A stretch of DNA of 64,000 bases. Source: Gammaproteobacteria bacterium. Its GTDB lineage: Bacteria; Pseudomonadota; Gammaproteobacteria; Steroidobacterales; Foliamicaceae. Numbering within the stretch: position 1 is the first letter of the stretch; each line of letters begins with the position of its first letter. Of the stretch, positions 47,657 through 59,957 are shown one piece after another. The notes under the pieces are model-generated. The model saw nothing but the letters and a program-made list of their open reading frames with translations. It made no database searches and was not told where the DNA came from. The stretch is from NCBI GenBank assembly GCA_009845905.1, contig VXYS01000004.1, forward strand, positions 151,285 through 215,284. The letters are read 5' to 3'. Both the position numbers and the translations under genes were made by a program.

Positions 47657-47666
47657 CAAGTCCGCC

Positions 47667-47898
47667 TTCTCTTCGGCCCTCCTCTTCCGGGAGACGCATG
47701 AACCCGTCCATGGGGCTTTGTTCCGCCATCCCTGGCTCACAAACTCCCGGAAGAGGAGGGCCGAAGAGAATGCTACCGCCGGCGTTTGGCGAGACTAGAG
47801 CCTTGCTTCGTTCTCCCCTTTCGGAGGAGCGTTGAAGCAGGATAGCGAAACCGAGCCAGGGATGGCGTCTCCACCGAAAGGGGAGAACGAAGCAGGGC
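47667..47898. repeat. Two related long hairpins (family B) in inverted orientation
   Basis: Arms 47667-47693/47744-47770 (27/27 match) and 47800-47829/47869-47898 (28/30 match). Confidence 0.85.
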
Positions 47899-47919
47899 GA
47901 GGGTCGGCCGTCTGCGTCT

Positions 47920-49347
47920 CTAGCGGTTTATGGCGTGGATGGCGCGCTTGTCCACCGAAAGGGCCGCTTCGTGAAGGGCCTCGCACAGCGTGGGGTGGCC
48001 GTGGACCGTGCGCTGCAGGTCCTCGGTGCTGGCCTCGAACTCCATCGCCAGCACCGCCTCCTGGATCAGCTCGCCGGCCATGGGGCCGACGATGTGCACG
48101 CCCAGGATCGCATCGGTGTCGGGGTCCGACAGAAACTTCGCCAGGCCCGCGTCCTGCGCCATGGCCTTGGCCCGGCCGTTGGCCGCCATGTTGAAGGCGC
48201 CCACCTTGTAGGACTGTCCGGACTGCTGCAGTTCTTCCTCGGTCCGCCCCACCCAGGCGATCTCGGGCGAGGTGTAGATCACCGATGGGATGGCGCCGTA
48301 ATTCACCTCGGCGGACCGGCCGGCGATCATCTCGGCCACCATCATGCCCTCCTCGGAGCCCTTGTGCGCCAGCATCGGCCCGCGGACCAGGTCGCCGATC
48401 GCCCAAACGCCATCCGCGCTGGTGCGGCAGTTTCCGTCCACCTGCACATGGCCTCTTTCGGTCAGGACGATCCCGGCGCTCTCGTCGATCAGGCCTTCGG
48501 TCGCCGGCCTTCTGCCGACCGCTACCACCAGCCTGTCCACGGTGATGTGATGATCGCCCTCCCGGTCGCTGAACCGCACTTCCACCTGTTCGTCCACGCG
48601 GCGGGCGCTTTCCACCTTCGCGCCCAGGCGCGTGTCCAGCCCCTGGCGCTTGAACTGGCGCTGGGCCTCGCGGGCCACCTGGCTGTCGGCCATGAACAGA
48701 AAGCGGTCCATGGCCTCCAGGATCGTGACTTCCGAACCCAGCCTATTCCAGACGCTGCCGAGCTCCAGCCCGATGACCCCTCCGCCGATGACCCCCAGGC
48801 GATGCGGCGGACGGTCGAACTCCAGCGCGCCTTCCGAATCCACGATGTATTCGCCGTCGAATGGCGCGATCGGCAACTCCACCGGCAGCGAACCGGCGGC
48901 CAGAATGACATGTTCGGCGTGCAGCAGGTGCGGGTCGCCCTCGTGCGGAGTGACTTCCACCTGCCGGCCGGCCAGCAGTTTCCCCCACCCGTTAAAGGCC
49001 GTTACGCCGTTGGCGCGAAACAGCGCGTTGATGCCCGTAGTGAGCTGGCGAACGATACGGTTCTTGCGGTCCTGCATCGCGTCCAGGTCCAGCTTCACTT
49101 CCGGGATCATGATGCCGTGGCCGGCAAACTCCTCGCGGGTCCGGTGGTACAGCTCGGATGATTCGAGAAGCACCTTGGATGGTATGCAGCCGGCGTTCAG
49201 GCAGGTGCCGCCCAGCGCCGGCTTGCCCTTGCCGTCGCGCCAGTCGTCCACGCAGGCCACCGACATGCCGAGTTGCGCGGCGCGTATCGCTCCCACGTAG
49301 CCGGCAGGACCGCCGCCAACGACGATTACATCATATTTATCAGTCAT
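47920..49347 (-). CDS. lpdA: Dihydrolipoamide dehydrogenase (E3)
   Basis: GGGPAGY, GGTCLNAGCIPSK and HPT motifs. Confidence 0.97.
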   Translation of the reverse strand: MTDKYDVIVVGGGPAGYVGAIRAAQLGMSVACVDDWRDGKGKPALGGTCLNAGCIPSKVLLESSELYHRTREEFAGHGIMIPEVKLDLDAMQDRKNRIVRQLTTGINALFRANGVTAFNGWGKLLAGRQVEVTPHEGDPHLLHAEHVILAAGSLPVELPIAPFDGEYIVDSEGALEFDRPPHRLGVIGGGVIGLELGSVWNRLGSEVTILEAMDRFLFMADSQVAREAQRQFKRQGLDTRLGAKVESARRVDEQVEVRFSDREGDHHITVDRLVVAVGRRPATEGLIDESAGIVLTERGHVQVDGNCRTSADGVWAIGDLVRGPMLAHKGSEEGMMVAEMIAGRSAEVNYGAIPSVIYTSPEIAWVGRTEEELQQSGQSYKVGAFNMAANGRAKAMAQDAGLAKFLSDPDTDAILGVHIVGPMAGELIQEAVLAMEFEASTEDLQRTVHGHPTLCEALHEAALSVDKRAIHAINR

Positions 49348-49365
49348 ATAACAAGAATATATAAA

Positions 49366-50637
49366 CTAGAAAGAAAGAATCATGCGGGCCGGATCTTCGA
49401 TTGACTTCTTGATTTCCGACAGGAACAGCACGGCTTCGCGGCCGTCCACGATGCGGTGGTCGTAACTGAGCGCGAGGTGCATCATCGGGCGGGCGACGAT
49501 CTCGCCGTCCACCACCACGGCCCGCTGCTCGATGCGATGCATGCCGAGTATTCCGCTCTGCGGAGGGTTCAGAATCGGCGTGGACATCAGCGAGCCGAAT
49601 ACGCCGCCGTTGGTGATCGTAAAAGTGCCTCCGGTCAGTTCGTCCAGCCCGATGGTCCCGGCGCGCGCCCGCGAAGCGAAGGTGCCGATCGTCTGCTCGA
49701 TGTCGGCGAAGCTCAGCCGGTCGGCGTCACGCAGCACGGGCACCAGCAGCCCGCGTTCGGTGGATACGGCCACGCCGACGTCGTAGTAGTCGTGATAGAC
49801 GATCTCGTCGCCCTCCACGCTGGCGTTGACTACCGGAAAGCGCTTGAGGGCCGCAACGCTGGCGGCCACGAAAAAGCTCATGAAACCGATCCGCACTCCG
49901 TGCCGGGCCTCGAATTCCTCGCCGTGGCGGCGGCGCAGATCGAGCACAGCGCTCATGTCGGCGTCGTTGAACGTGGTCAGCATGGCCGCCTCGCGCTGCG
50001 ATTCCACCATCCGCTGGGCGATGCGGGCCCTAAGGCGGCTCATGGTCTCGCGCCTTTCCTGTCGGGCCGGCTGTGCCGCGGGCGCGGGCGGCGCCTCGAT
50101 CGTTTCACCGGCGTCCGCCTCGGCCGTATCCGGTTCCTCGACCCGGGCCGCGGTGGCCGCGCCGGCCGCGCTGCTCAGCACCGCCAGCACGTCGCGCTTG
50201 AGAACCCTGCCCCGCTTGCCGCTGCCCTTGATCGACGATATGTCGAGATCGTGCTCTTCCAGGAGCCGCCGGACCGCAGGCGACATCGCAACGGAACCGT
50301 TACCGCCGGCGGCCGTCTCGATTGCCGGGCGTCCGGCGCCGTCCCCGGCGGACTCCGGCGCCGCATCGCCGACGACCGCACCGCCGCCGTCCGCGGCCGC
50401 GTCCAGCACGGCCAGCGGCGTTCCTGCGTTCACCACCGCGCCGGCGTCAGCCAGGATCTTCTCCAGCACGCCGTCCGCCGGCGCCGGCACTTCCAGCACC
50501 ACCTTGTCGGTTTCCAGGTCGGCCAGGTTCTCGTCCTGCACCACGGACTCGCCGGCCGACTTGTGCCAGACCAGGACCTTGGCGTCGGCCACCGATTCGG
50601 GAAGTTCCGGCGTCCTGATCTCGATTGACTTGCTCAT
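49366..50637 (-). CDS. sucB: 2-oxoglutarate dehydrogenase E2
   Basis: ETDKVVLE lipoyl lysine; LSYDHRIVDG. Confidence 0.97.
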   Translation of the reverse strand: MSKSIEIRTPELPESVADAKVLVWHKSAGESVVQDENLADLETDKVVLEVPAPADGVLEKILADAGAVVNAGTPLAVLDAAADGGGAVVGDAAPESAGDGAGRPAIETAAGGNGSVAMSPAVRRLLEEHDLDISSIKGSGKRGRVLKRDVLAVLSSAAGAATAARVEEPDTAEADAGETIEAPPAPAAQPARQERRETMSRLRARIAQRMVESQREAAMLTTFNDADMSAVLDLRRRHGEEFEARHGVRIGFMSFFVAASVAALKRFPVVNASVEGDEIVYHDYYDVGVAVSTERGLLVPVLRDADRLSFADIEQTIGTFASRARAGTIGLDELTGGTFTITNGGVFGSLMSTPILNPPQSGILGMHRIEQRAVVVDGEIVARPMMHLALSYDHRIVDGREAVLFLSEIKKSIEDPARMILSF

Positions 50638-50640
50638 TGC

Positions 50641-53448
<2,808 letters not shown>

Positions 53449-53502
53449 CGCACAAGGCATTTTATAGCGCGGGTAACTTCCGTAGGCGACAATACGCACG
53501 CC

Positions 53503-54243
53503 GTGAACAAGCCCGGAATAAGCATTGTGGCGCCGGCCCACGAAGAGGCCGAAAGCCTGCCGGAACTGTTGCGCAGCGTCGCCAATGCCTTCAGCGCCTT
53601 CGATGCCTGGGAGCTCATCGTTGTTGACGACGGCAGCCGGGACAACACCGCCGGGGTGCTGGCCGGCCTGCAAAGCGAGCACCCAAGGCTGAGGGTCGTC
53701 CGGCACTTGAACAACAGGGGCCAAAGCGCCGCGATGTGCACGGGCGCGGACGCCGCGCGATTCGCCTGGCTCGGCTTTCTCGACGCGGACGGGCAGAACG
53801 ATCCGGCCGACCTGGCGAAGCTGTATTCCGAAATGCTCGAGGTGGGCGAAACGGCCCCCGGCATGATCATGGGCCATCGGCGGGAACGCAAGGACGGGTG
53901 GTTGACGCGAGTGTCCTCGCGCACTGCCAATGCGGTGCGCGCGGGTTTGCTGCGCGACCGAACGCCGGACACCGGCTGCAGCCTGAAAGTCCTGGCACGC
54001 GGTGATTTCCTGGCGCTGCCACGGTTCGACCACATGCACCGTTTTCTGCCTGCCCTGCTGCTGCGTCAGGGCCTGCAGACCGTTTCCCGACCGGTGGCGC
54101 ACTATCCGCGGCGCGCCGGGCGTTCAAAATACGGCCTGGGGAACCGGCTGTGGGTGGGGATCGCCGACCTGCTCGGTGTCTGGTGGCTCGGCCGGCGGCG
54201 CTTCCGGCCGGGAACAAGTGAGGAGATACGACACGATGACTGA
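53503..54243 (+). CDS. GT2 polyprenyl-phosphate glycosyltransferase (ArnC/RgtE-like)
   Basis: VDDGSRD, LDADGQNDP, DTGCSLK and HRFLP motifs. Start GTG 53503. Confidence 0.88.
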   Translation: MNKPGISIVAPAHEEAESLPELLRSVANAFSAFDAWELIVVDDGSRDNTAGVLAGLQSEHPRLRVVRHLNNRGQSAAMCTGADAARFAWLGFLDADGQNDPADLAKLYSEMLEVGETAPGMIMGHRRERKDGWLTRVSSRTANAVRAGLLRDRTPDTGCSLKVLARGDFLALPRFDHMHRFLPALLLRQGLQTVSRPVAHYPRRAGRSKYGLGNRLWVGIADLLGVWWLGRRRFRPGTSEEIRHDD

Positions 54244-54544
54244 ATTGATTGAGCAATGGCTGGCGCTGCCCACCACCGATCTGATCTGGCTGGCAGTGGG
54301 TTTCGGCGGGCAGGCCATATTCGCGTCGCGGTTCCTCTACCAGTGGATCGCCAGCGAACGTGCGGGCCGCAGCCACATTCCCCGGGCGTTCTGGTACCTG
54401 AGCCTGGCCGGCGGCCTCACGCTGCTCAGCTACGCCATCCATCGCGGCGATCCCGTTTTCATCCTCGGCCAGACGACCGGCGCAATGATCTACATTCGCA
54501 ACCTAGTCCTGCTGCACCGCGGCGGCCAGCTCGAGTCCACCTGA
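54236..54544 (+). CDS. Lipid-A-disaccharide synthase N-terminal (LAB_N) domain protein
   Basis: GQAIFASRFLYQW..SE...S.IP..FW..SL.GG pattern. Confidence 0.85.
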   Translation: MTELIEQWLALPTTDLIWLAVGFGGQAIFASRFLYQWIASERAGRSHIPRAFWYLSLAGGLTLLSYAIHRGDPVFILGQTTGAMIYIRNLVLLHRGGQLEST

Positions 54545-54556
54545 CGTGTCTAGTGC

Positions 54557-54620
54557 GCAGGCGTCCCGCCTTCGGGGAGGGCGGGCGCGCTGAGAAGGCA
54601 GCACCCTCTCTCCCGGGAGT
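54557..54620. repeat. Family A element, degenerate copy
   Basis: AGGCG-TCC-CGCCTTC core and a CTCCCGGGAG end. Confidence 0.65.
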
Positions 54621-54624
54621 TCGC

Positions 54625-56307
54625 TTGAACATCGGCAAGAACGAATTCTGGCTCGGCGCGGCGGCGCTGCTGACGCTGGCGGCGGGCCTCGGCCTGCGCG
54701 ATCCGTGGGCGCCGGACGAACCGCGCTACGCGCTGATCGCCGCCGAAATGATGCAGTCCGGGGACTGGTCGGTGACCCGGCTGGGCGGCGTCATTTACGC
54801 GCAAAAGCCGCCCGTGTATTTCTGGCTGCTGGCCGCCGCCGAATGGCTGGCCGGCCTCCGGTTCGGGTTCCTGCTGCCGTCGCTCCTGGCGGGCCTGGGA
54901 ACCCTTGCGCTCGTCTGGGACCTGGCCCGCCGGCTCTGGTCGTGCGAGACGGCATGGTGGGCGGCCCTGGGGCTGCTTGCCTGCCTGCAGTTCACGATGC
55001 AGGCCCGCAGCGCGCAGATCGACGCCGTCCTGGTCCTGTTCACGACGCTGAGCCTCTACGGACTGCTCCGCCACCTACTGCTGGGGCCGGACTGGCGCTG
55101 GTTCAACGTCGGTTTTCTTGCCGCGGGCGCGGGCGTGATGACCAAGGGCGTAGGCTTTCTGCCGCTGCTGGTGCTGTTGCCCTGGGCCGGAATGCGCTGG
55201 GCCGGCTGGAGCTTGCCGCGGCTCGGCGGCGGAACGCGATGGCTGCTCGGGCCGGCGGCGTTCCTTGCACCGCTCGCACTCTGGCTGGTCCCGCTGTTGC
55301 TCCGGGCCCAGGGCGATCCTGAAATCGCCGGCTACCTGGACAACCTGCTGTTTCGCCAGACCATTACCCGTTACGCGGACCCCTGGCATCACTTCCAGCC
55401 CTTCTGGTACTTCTTCGTGGAAGTCATTCCATGGGCCTGGTTCCCGCTCGTTCTGCTGTTGCCCTGGCTGGTTGCGAGGTGGGCGCGGCGCTGGCGCGAC
55501 CGCGATGCAAGCGTCGTCCTGCTTGCGGGCTGGATCGTTCTGGTCCTGCTGTTCTTCACCATCAGTTCCGCCAAACGCGATGTCTACCTGCTGCCGGTGG
55601 CGCCGGCGCTGGCGCTGCTCTCGGCGCCGCACCTCCCGGAACTTGCCGTCCGGCTGTCCTGCCGACGCATCCTGCGCGCCGCGGCGCTGCTGCTGTCGCT
55701 GGTCCTGGCCGCCGGTTCCGCCTGGCTGCTGTTCGTGGACACGGAGCGGCTGGCCGAGCTGTCGGCACGCTACGAGACCGGCGCCGGACCTCTCTGGACG
55801 CTGTTCATCGCGGCGCTGGTCGGCGCCGTTCTCGCCCTGGCCGTCCCCGCCCGGCGGACCGCGGCGATGTTTGCGGCGTTCATGCTTCTCGGCTGGCATG
55901 TCTGGGGCTGGGTGCTGCAACCGCAGATCAACGACGCCCGCTCCGGTGGACGTATCGCGGCCCGCACGCTGGAGGCCATGCCGGGAGACGCTCCTCTGGG
56001 ACTGGCGCACTGGCGCGCCCAGCAGGTTCTGCATCTCGACCGGCCGGCGGTGCATTTCCAGCGTGGCGGTCTCACGGGACAGGAAGAAATGGAACAGGCC
56101 GCCGCATGGCTCGCGATGGACGGCGAGCGCCGGCTGCTGGTGCCGGCCGAACACCGTCAGCCGTGCTTTGGCGCGGGCGGGGGATTGCGCCTCGGGTACG
56201 CCCACCGTCGCGACTGGGTGCTATTGTCCTCCGAAGACTTGAGTGGCGCCTGCACCGGGATTGTCGATCCCGCAAACCAGGTTCGCCTTCCGGCGCTGCG
56301 TCCGTAG
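54625..56307 (+). CDS. ArnT/GT83-family glycosyltransferase
   Basis: PDEPRY, KPPVYFW and TKG motifs; multiple TMs; start TTG 54625. Confidence 0.88.
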   Translation: MNIGKNEFWLGAAALLTLAAGLGLRDPWAPDEPRYALIAAEMMQSGDWSVTRLGGVIYAQKPPVYFWLLAAAEWLAGLRFGFLLPSLLAGLGTLALVWDLARRLWSCETAWWAALGLLACLQFTMQARSAQIDAVLVLFTTLSLYGLLRHLLLGPDWRWFNVGFLAAGAGVMTKGVGFLPLLVLLPWAGMRWAGWSLPRLGGGTRWLLGPAAFLAPLALWLVPLLLRAQGDPEIAGYLDNLLFRQTITRYADPWHHFQPFWYFFVEVIPWAWFPLVLLLPWLVARWARRWRDRDASVVLLAGWIVLVLLFFTISSAKRDVYLLPVAPALALLSAPHLPELAVRLSCRRILRAAALLLSLVLAAGSAWLLFVDTERLAELSARYETGAGPLWTLFIAALVGAVLALAVPARRTAAMFAAFMLLGWHVWGWVLQPQINDARSGGRIAARTLEAMPGDAPLGLAHWRAQQVLHLDRPAVHFQRGGLTGQEEMEQAAAWLAMDGERRLLVPAEHRQPCFGAGGGLRLGYAHRRDWVLLSSEDLSGACTGIVDPANQVRLPALRP

Positions 56308-56324
56308 CAGGCGAGCCGAAACGC

Positions 56325-57296
56325 TTAGGCCGAATACTCCCGGAACCAGCGGACAAACTTCGCGACGCCTTCCTTCAAATCAACACTGGGCTCAAACCCG
56401 AAATCCCCGCGCATGGCCGACATGTCCGGCAACGTGGCGCGCATCTCGCCGGGCGGTTCCGGCGCGAACTCGACCTCCGATTCAACGCCCATGGTCCGGC
56501 CGAGAATGCGAATGAAATCCAGCAGCTCCACGTCTTCGGTCGAACCCAGGTTGTAGAGTGCCGCCGGGGGCTCTCCGGCGGGCGCTCCGCCATCGAGGAC
56601 GGCCAGCGTTCCCCGCACGGCATCGTCAATATAGGTAAAAGCGCGTCTCTGGCGTCCGTCTCCAAACACTTTCAGGGGCTTGCCGGCCCGCAGGCCTTCG
56701 GCGAACCTTAATGCCGCCATGTCCGGCCGACCCCACGGTCCGTATACCGTGAAGTAGCGAATTCCGGTGCTGGGCAGCCCGTGTATCCGGGCATACGAGT
56801 AAGCCAGCAATTCGCCCGAGCGCTTGGTGGCCGCATATACGCTTCTCGGGCGAGCGGCGGCGTCCTGTTCGGAAAAAGGTGATTGGTCCGTATCGCCATA
56901 CACCGACGAGGACGAGGCGTACAGCAGGTGCTGTACGCCGTTGCGAACGCAGCACTCCAGCAGCACGGTGAATCCGGCGATATTGCTTGATATGTACTGA
57001 TCCGGCGCTTCGATCGAATAGCGCACACCTGCCTGGGCAGCCAGGTGCGCCACTTGCGAAAATTCACGCCGCTCGAACAGGGACTGCATCCCGCTTTCGT
57101 CCGTCAGTTCCAGCTTGTGGAACGAAAACCCGTCATGCTCCCGCAACCGGGCCAGGCGGGCATTCTTCAGCGCCGGGTCGTAGTACGTATTCAGGTTGTC
57201 CACGCCAACAACCTCGCGACCATCGGACAACAGCGCCTTCGCGATCGCGTGACCGATAAAACCGGCCGCACCCGTAATCAGAATCGGCGTCTTGAT
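56325..57296 (-). CDS. NAD-dependent epimerase, UDP-glucuronate 4-epimerase-like; lacks a canonical start
   Basis: ITGAAGFIG, HLAAQAGVRYS, YAATK and FTVYGPWGRPDMA motifs; expected start position reads ATC. Confidence 0.8.
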   Translation of the reverse strand: MKTPILITGAAGFIGHAIAKALLSDGREVVGVDNLNTYYDPALKNARLARLREHDGFSFHKLELTDESGMQSLFERREFSQVAHLAAQAGVRYSIEAPDQYISSNIAGFTVLLECCVRNGVQHLLYASSSSVYGDTDQSPFSEQDAAARPRSVYAATKRSGELLAYSYARIHGLPSTGIRYFTVYGPWGRPDMAALRFAEGLRAGKPLKVFGDGRQRRAFTYIDDAVRGTLAVLDGGAPAGEPPAALYNLGSTEDVELLDFIRILGRTMGVESEVEFAPEPPGEMRATLPDMSAMRGDFGFEPSVDLKEGVAKFVRWFREYSA

Positions 57297-57306
57297 GTCG
57301 GTCCAG

Positions 57307-58626
57307 CTAGGTCGAGGCGCGGACTTCCTTCGCGGACATGCCCGGGGCTCGCACCAGCACGACCAGCGCAGCGATGACCACTAGGAAGTTGACGACCCCC
57401 ATCATCGCAAACGGCGCCCCCCTGCCGATCTTGTCGAACACGATTCCGCCCACGAAGCTCGTGCACAGGATGGAGAATGCGCCCACCAATCCGAAAACGC
57501 CCACCACCGCGCCCCGCCGCTCCTTCGGCGCTTCCTGGCCAAGCAGGGCCCCGCCCGACACCAGCGCGGCGATCTCGCCGATGCCCACGGCAACACTGGC
57601 AAGCAGGGCGGCGGTAACGAACGGGTCTTTGGCCAGGTACATGGAGAAATAGGCCACTCCGGCCACGCTGAAACCGAAAACCACGGTAACCACCCGATTC
57701 AGGCGGTCGGCAATGAACCCCATGATGGGCGACCACAGCACGCTGGTGCCGAACACCAGCGCGAACATGATGCCCGCCCGCTGCATGCCCTCGGCGCTGG
57801 TCAGCCCCACGTCGTTGCTGTGCTGGACCACCCAAAGCGGTAGGAATATGCCGACCGCCACGAGGTCGCCCCTGGAGGCGAAGGACGTCATGAAAGCGAG
57901 GGCGATCCGGGGGTTTTTCGCGGCCTCGGAGAAACCCTTTCCCACCTTGGCCAAAAGCGGCTCCTGCGTTTGATTCTGCGCAACCCGTCCCGAGCGCCAC
58001 GAAAGGCGGATCACCAGCGCGACGAACAGCGCGAAACCCACCATCAGCCAGCACGTGTAGATGCCCGCGTCGGCCGGGCTGATCCCCATTTCGGTCAGGT
58101 AACCGGGCAGATTGCCGATATTTCGGGACATTACCGCCATGCCGATGGCCGTCATGATGCTGCCGATGCCCAGAAGCAAACCGCGCGAACGGTTGGCCGG
58201 CAGGTCCTGCAGCGATGTCCCGTACATCACCGGGGCAATCGCGGCGCCGACGGCAAATACGGCGCGGTAGGCGAATATCTGAAACTCGTTCTGCGCCAGC
58301 GGGTAGATCAGCAGCCCCAGCGCCACAAAACCCAGCCCGATGACCATGATCACGCGCCGGCCGAAGTTGTCCGAGGCCGCGCCCACGATGCCCATCAGCA
58401 GCAGGACCACGATCTCCTGCATCGAGGCCAGTTGCCCTGTCAGTTGCCCCTGGTTCTCGGTGATGCCGAAGACTTCCGTCAGGAGGTAGGGCTGTATGAA
58501 GCCGATAAAGCCCAGGAGCGGTATTACGGTAAGCCCGGCAAACATGACGCCGCCGGCGTTGAGCCAGGTATAACCGAGCGTCAGCGTCAGCGGACCGATA
58601 CGGCGGGGTTCGCTTGTCTCACTCAT
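57307..58626 (-). CDS. MFS transporter, paralog 2
   Basis: About 12 hydrophobic segments; motif A GAASDNFGRR. Confidence 0.9.
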   Translation of the reverse strand: MSETSEPRRIGPLTLTLGYTWLNAGGVMFAGLTVIPLLGFIGFIQPYLLTEVFGITENQGQLTGQLASMQEIVVLLLMGIVGAASDNFGRRVIMVIGLGFVALGLLIYPLAQNEFQIFAYRAVFAVGAAIAPVMYGTSLQDLPANRSRGLLLGIGSIMTAIGMAVMSRNIGNLPGYLTEMGISPADAGIYTCWLMVGFALFVALVIRLSWRSGRVAQNQTQEPLLAKVGKGFSEAAKNPRIALAFMTSFASRGDLVAVGIFLPLWVVQHSNDVGLTSAEGMQRAGIMFALVFGTSVLWSPIMGFIADRLNRVVTVVFGFSVAGVAYFSMYLAKDPFVTAALLASVAVGIGEIAALVSGGALLGQEAPKERRGAVVGVFGLVGAFSILCTSFVGGIVFDKIGRGAPFAMMGVVNFLVVIAALVVLVRAPGMSAKEVRAST

Positions 58627-58635
58627 GGCGTGCGA

Positions 58636-59949
58636 TCAGGTCGAAGTGCGGACTTCCTTTGCTGCCATCCCCGGTGCGCGGATCAGCACGTACAGGGCAA
58701 CCAGCGCCACGACGAGGTTCACTATTCCCATCATGACGAACGGCGCCACCCGGCTGATCGTGTCGAAAACGATGCCTCCGAAGTAGTTCGTGCAAAGGAT
58801 GGAAAAAGCGCCGATAAGACCGAACACGCCTACCACCGCGCCACGTCTCGCCTTCGGCGCTTCCTGCCCCAGCAGCGCGTTGCCGGTGATGATGACGGAA
58901 ATCTCGCCGATGCCCACAAACACGCACGCGACCAGCGCGATGTTGAGGTACGGGTCCTCGACCAGCGCCATGCCCAGGTACGCGACTCCGGCAACCGCAA
59001 ACGCAATGAATACCGCCAGAACGCGGTTCATGCGATCCACAAACCGGCCGATAAAGACGGCTACAAGAAGCCCGATGCCATTGATCGCCGCAATCATGAT
59101 GCCCGCCCTTCTCGTGCCCTCGGCGGTGGTCAGACCTGCGTCCCAGCCGTCCTGCACCACCCAGAGCGACAGGAAAGTCAGGATCACGACCAGGTCGCCG
59201 CGGGAAGCGAACGAAGTCAGGTAAGCAAGAGCGATGCGGGGATTCCGGACCGCGCCGGAGAATCCCTGCGCCAGGTTCCGCCGGACAGGCTCGCGTGGCG
59301 CGCCGGCCGCCACGCGGCCTGCGCGCCAGGTCAGCCGGACCATCAGCGCAACGATGGCCGCGAATGCGACCATGCACCAGCAGGTGTAGATGCCGGCGTC
59401 CTCGGGCGTGAGGCCGCGCGCGACCAGGTATTCGGGCAGCCTCGCAATCGTAAGACCCATCACGATGACGCCCCCGCCCGTGGCGATGCTGCCGAACCCG
59501 ATGAACTGACCGCGGGAGCGGTTCGCCGGCGTGTCCTGCATGGAAGTCCCGTACATCAGGGGAGCCGTCGCGGCCCCGAGTGCGAATACCGCCCGGTATC
59601 CGTAAATCTGCAGTTCGTTCTCGGCCAGCGGGTAAACCAGAAGCCCCAGGCCCACCAGGCACAGACCCACGACCATGAGTACGCGCCGCCCGAAGTTGTC
59701 GGACGCCGCCCCGACGACCCCCATCAGCGCGATCACGATGATTTCCTGCAGCACTCCCAGATTGCCCGTCATCCGCCCGTGAAAAGCGGGGTCAATCTCG
59801 AATACCTCCTTGAGAAGAGTCGGCATGATCAGGCCCATGAAGGCCAGCAAGGGGATGATCGAGAAACCGCCCAGCAGCACGCCGAACGCGTTCAGCCGCG
59901 TGTAGCCTTCCGCAAGGACGATCGGACCGAACTTCCTCGGTTCGCTCAT
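58636..59949 (-). CDS. MFS transporter, paralog 1
   Basis: Colinear with the neighbour (GAASDNFGRR, FASRGDLV, GQEAPK.RRG). Confidence 0.9.
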   Translation of the reverse strand: MSEPRKFGPIVLAEGYTRLNAFGVLLGGFSIIPLLAFMGLIMPTLLKEVFEIDPAFHGRMTGNLGVLQEIIVIALMGVVGAASDNFGRRVLMVVGLCLVGLGLLVYPLAENELQIYGYRAVFALGAATAPLMYGTSMQDTPANRSRGQFIGFGSIATGGGVIVMGLTIARLPEYLVARGLTPEDAGIYTCWCMVAFAAIVALMVRLTWRAGRVAAGAPREPVRRNLAQGFSGAVRNPRIALAYLTSFASRGDLVVILTFLSLWVVQDGWDAGLTTAEGTRRAGIMIAAINGIGLLVAVFIGRFVDRMNRVLAVFIAFAVAGVAYLGMALVEDPYLNIALVACVFVGIGEISVIITGNALLGQEAPKARRGAVVGVFGLIGAFSILCTNYFGGIVFDTISRVAPFVMMGIVNLVVALVALYVLIRAPGMAAKEVRTST

Positions 59950-59957
59950 GTCAACTC

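Noticed and set aside
49340-49370. Short AT-rich patch between sucB and lpdA
   Set aside because: Too short; consistent with an RBS or spacer.
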